A stretch of DNA of 64,000 nucleotides from Camelus dromedarius (Eukaryota), in assembly GCF_036321535.1 (NCBI RefSeq), contig NC_087436.1, positions 11,098,001 to 11,162,000 of the forward strand, read 5' to 3'. This document shows positions 62,397 to 64,000 of the stretch, in pieces. The notes beneath the pieces were generated by a model. It was not told the origin of the DNA. It was given only the letters and a program-made list of their open reading frames with translations, and did no database searches. The first letter of the stretch is position 1; each line of letters begins with the position of its first letter. A program made the translations under genes and the position numbers.

Positions 62397-62557
62397 GGGG
62401 AGGGTATAGCTCAGTGGTAGAGCATGTGCTTAGCCTGCATGAGGTCCTAGGTTCAATCCCCAGTACCTCTATTAAAAATAAATGAATAAACCTAACTACC
62501 TCCCCCACAAAACAAACAAACAAAAAAGCTTAAAAAACTAAAAAAAAAAAAAAAAAA
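62397..62557 (+). mobile_element. tRNA-derived SINE (Vic-1-like), near consensus
   Basis: ggggagggtatagctcagtggtagagcatgtgcttagc...ggttcaatccccagtacctc followed by poly-A. Confidence 0.9.
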
Positions 62558-64000
62558 GAGGTGCCAAGAACATGAGAAGCATTCCCTGGGTTTGTGAATT
62601 CTATTCCTTTCCTTGTTTTCCAGAGGCTGAATGTTCTTATTACTTTTGGTTATTCGGACATGCTTATTGGAATATCACTTTCCAAGGTTTGCATTTATTT
62701 AAAAAAAATACACATGAGACATTGCTCTACTTTACTTAGAAATTCATAAAATAATACACCAGAATACAATGAAGAAATATCAAAGTTTTTGAGTCTTTTG
62801 TCAACAGGAAAAAAGCACTGTGTTTGCCAGCATCCTCTTAGGGTCCTCCTTTCACAGACTGAAAAGAACCACTGCTTCTGGACCTTGTGACAGTTGTCAA
62901 TTTATTGCCTCACAAGTCCAAACACATCCTTGAAGACAATGCTTTATGACCACAGGTTCCTTTAAGCATGTCTCCTCTGCACTGAGTATAATGTTAAGCA
63001 AGAGGAAGAGCCTTCGGGTAGGGGAGGCAGGCAGTGTAGCCCTCTGGGGAAGCCTGCCCAAGCTGCAGGACTGGACCACAGTCCCTCTGCAACCTGCACT
63101 CTGAAGGCCCCAGCCCCCCTGGCATCCACACCCTCACTGCACGCCCACACCACCTATCGCTGATCACCTGCCTGGTGTTTGCCCACAACTCCACTCCAGC
63201 CAACCTCTCCACGGCTGGGTGGCCAAGGTACACTTTATTCGAGAAGTCTGCACTCCTTCCAGATGCGGCCTTCCTTGGGTTTTCTCCCTCAACCCTTAGG
63301 GACCAGGTAGAGTTTCCTTCTATCTTATAGTTATTCTCTAATTAGAGTTAAAATTCTTATAATGAACGTCTCCTGTTTAACCCAAACTAACTATGTAGTT
63401 TCTGTCTCCCAGTTAGATTCAGTCTTCTCAGACACTTCGAGATGGTTTGAGGGGCTAACTTCACTCCTAAAACCATGTTCCTCATGGGAACACGTGACTG
63501 GCTCACTGCTTGGAAACACCCATTTTATGAATGATGAAAAATGGGCACATAGAACAACTTGTGTAACACAACAGGGTCTACAGTAGATTCAAAGCGAGCC
63601 CTTCGATAGCTGAATAATTCTCTTCCATCCACTTTGACTATGGAATAAGTCATAGATGCACAGCAAACCAGGTGCTAGAGAAGGCAGAACACAGAGATGA
63701 AACGACACATCCAGACGGTTACTGTGCCCTGAGTCCAAGCCTTGTGACTTTCACTATATCCTAAGTCTAAAGGACACAGCCTGGTGGTGTCTGCATGTCT
63801 GTCAGCCTGTCCGTCCATCCTAGGGACGTCCAGCACCCGGGCTGTGTCTCTTTCTTCTCTTGGCATCCTGCCACCGTTGCTTCAGAGATTGGATGTTTCA
63901 CTCTGAAACGTTAACAACTGAGAAGTTAAAACGACCTTTCTCACCCACATCAGCATCCCACATACACACACACAAAAACAGTTTTGGTACCTCTGGGGTC

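Noticed and set aside
62397..62470. tRNA-like sequences (here and six other places)
   Set aside because: SINE heads with A-rich tails, most with TSDs, not tRNA genes.

Overview
Repeat-rich mammalian nuclear DNA, very probably from a camelid, judged by seven copies of a tRNA-derived SINE matching the camelid Vic-1 type. I found no intact protein-coding gene, no functional RNA gene and no CRISPR or prokaryotic system. A large part of the window is interspersed repeats: L1 of several ages, L2, MIR, Vic-1-like SINEs, ERV1-like solo LTRs, a MER47/Tigger-like DNA element and microsatellites. The main hidden feature is on the minus strand, in the unique sequence between repeats. It is a chain of about 25 GT-AG-bounded candidate exons from about 58.6 kb down to 7.4 kb. 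In the core (36.0-24.8 kb) their intron phases mostly match, and they translate into a long protein-like sequence broken by nonsense codons and frameshifts. I read this as a large, long-dead (unitary) pseudogene, but I could not identify the parent protein. Smaller oddities include a 347-bp mini-L1 (5' end fused to 3' end, 22-bp TSD), a tailless 5S rRNA retrocopy, a perfect 19-bp hairpin made by template switching, nested insertions and short tandem duplications. Repeat family names come from recalled consensus motifs, not a database search, and repeat boundaries are approximate unless a TSD is cited.
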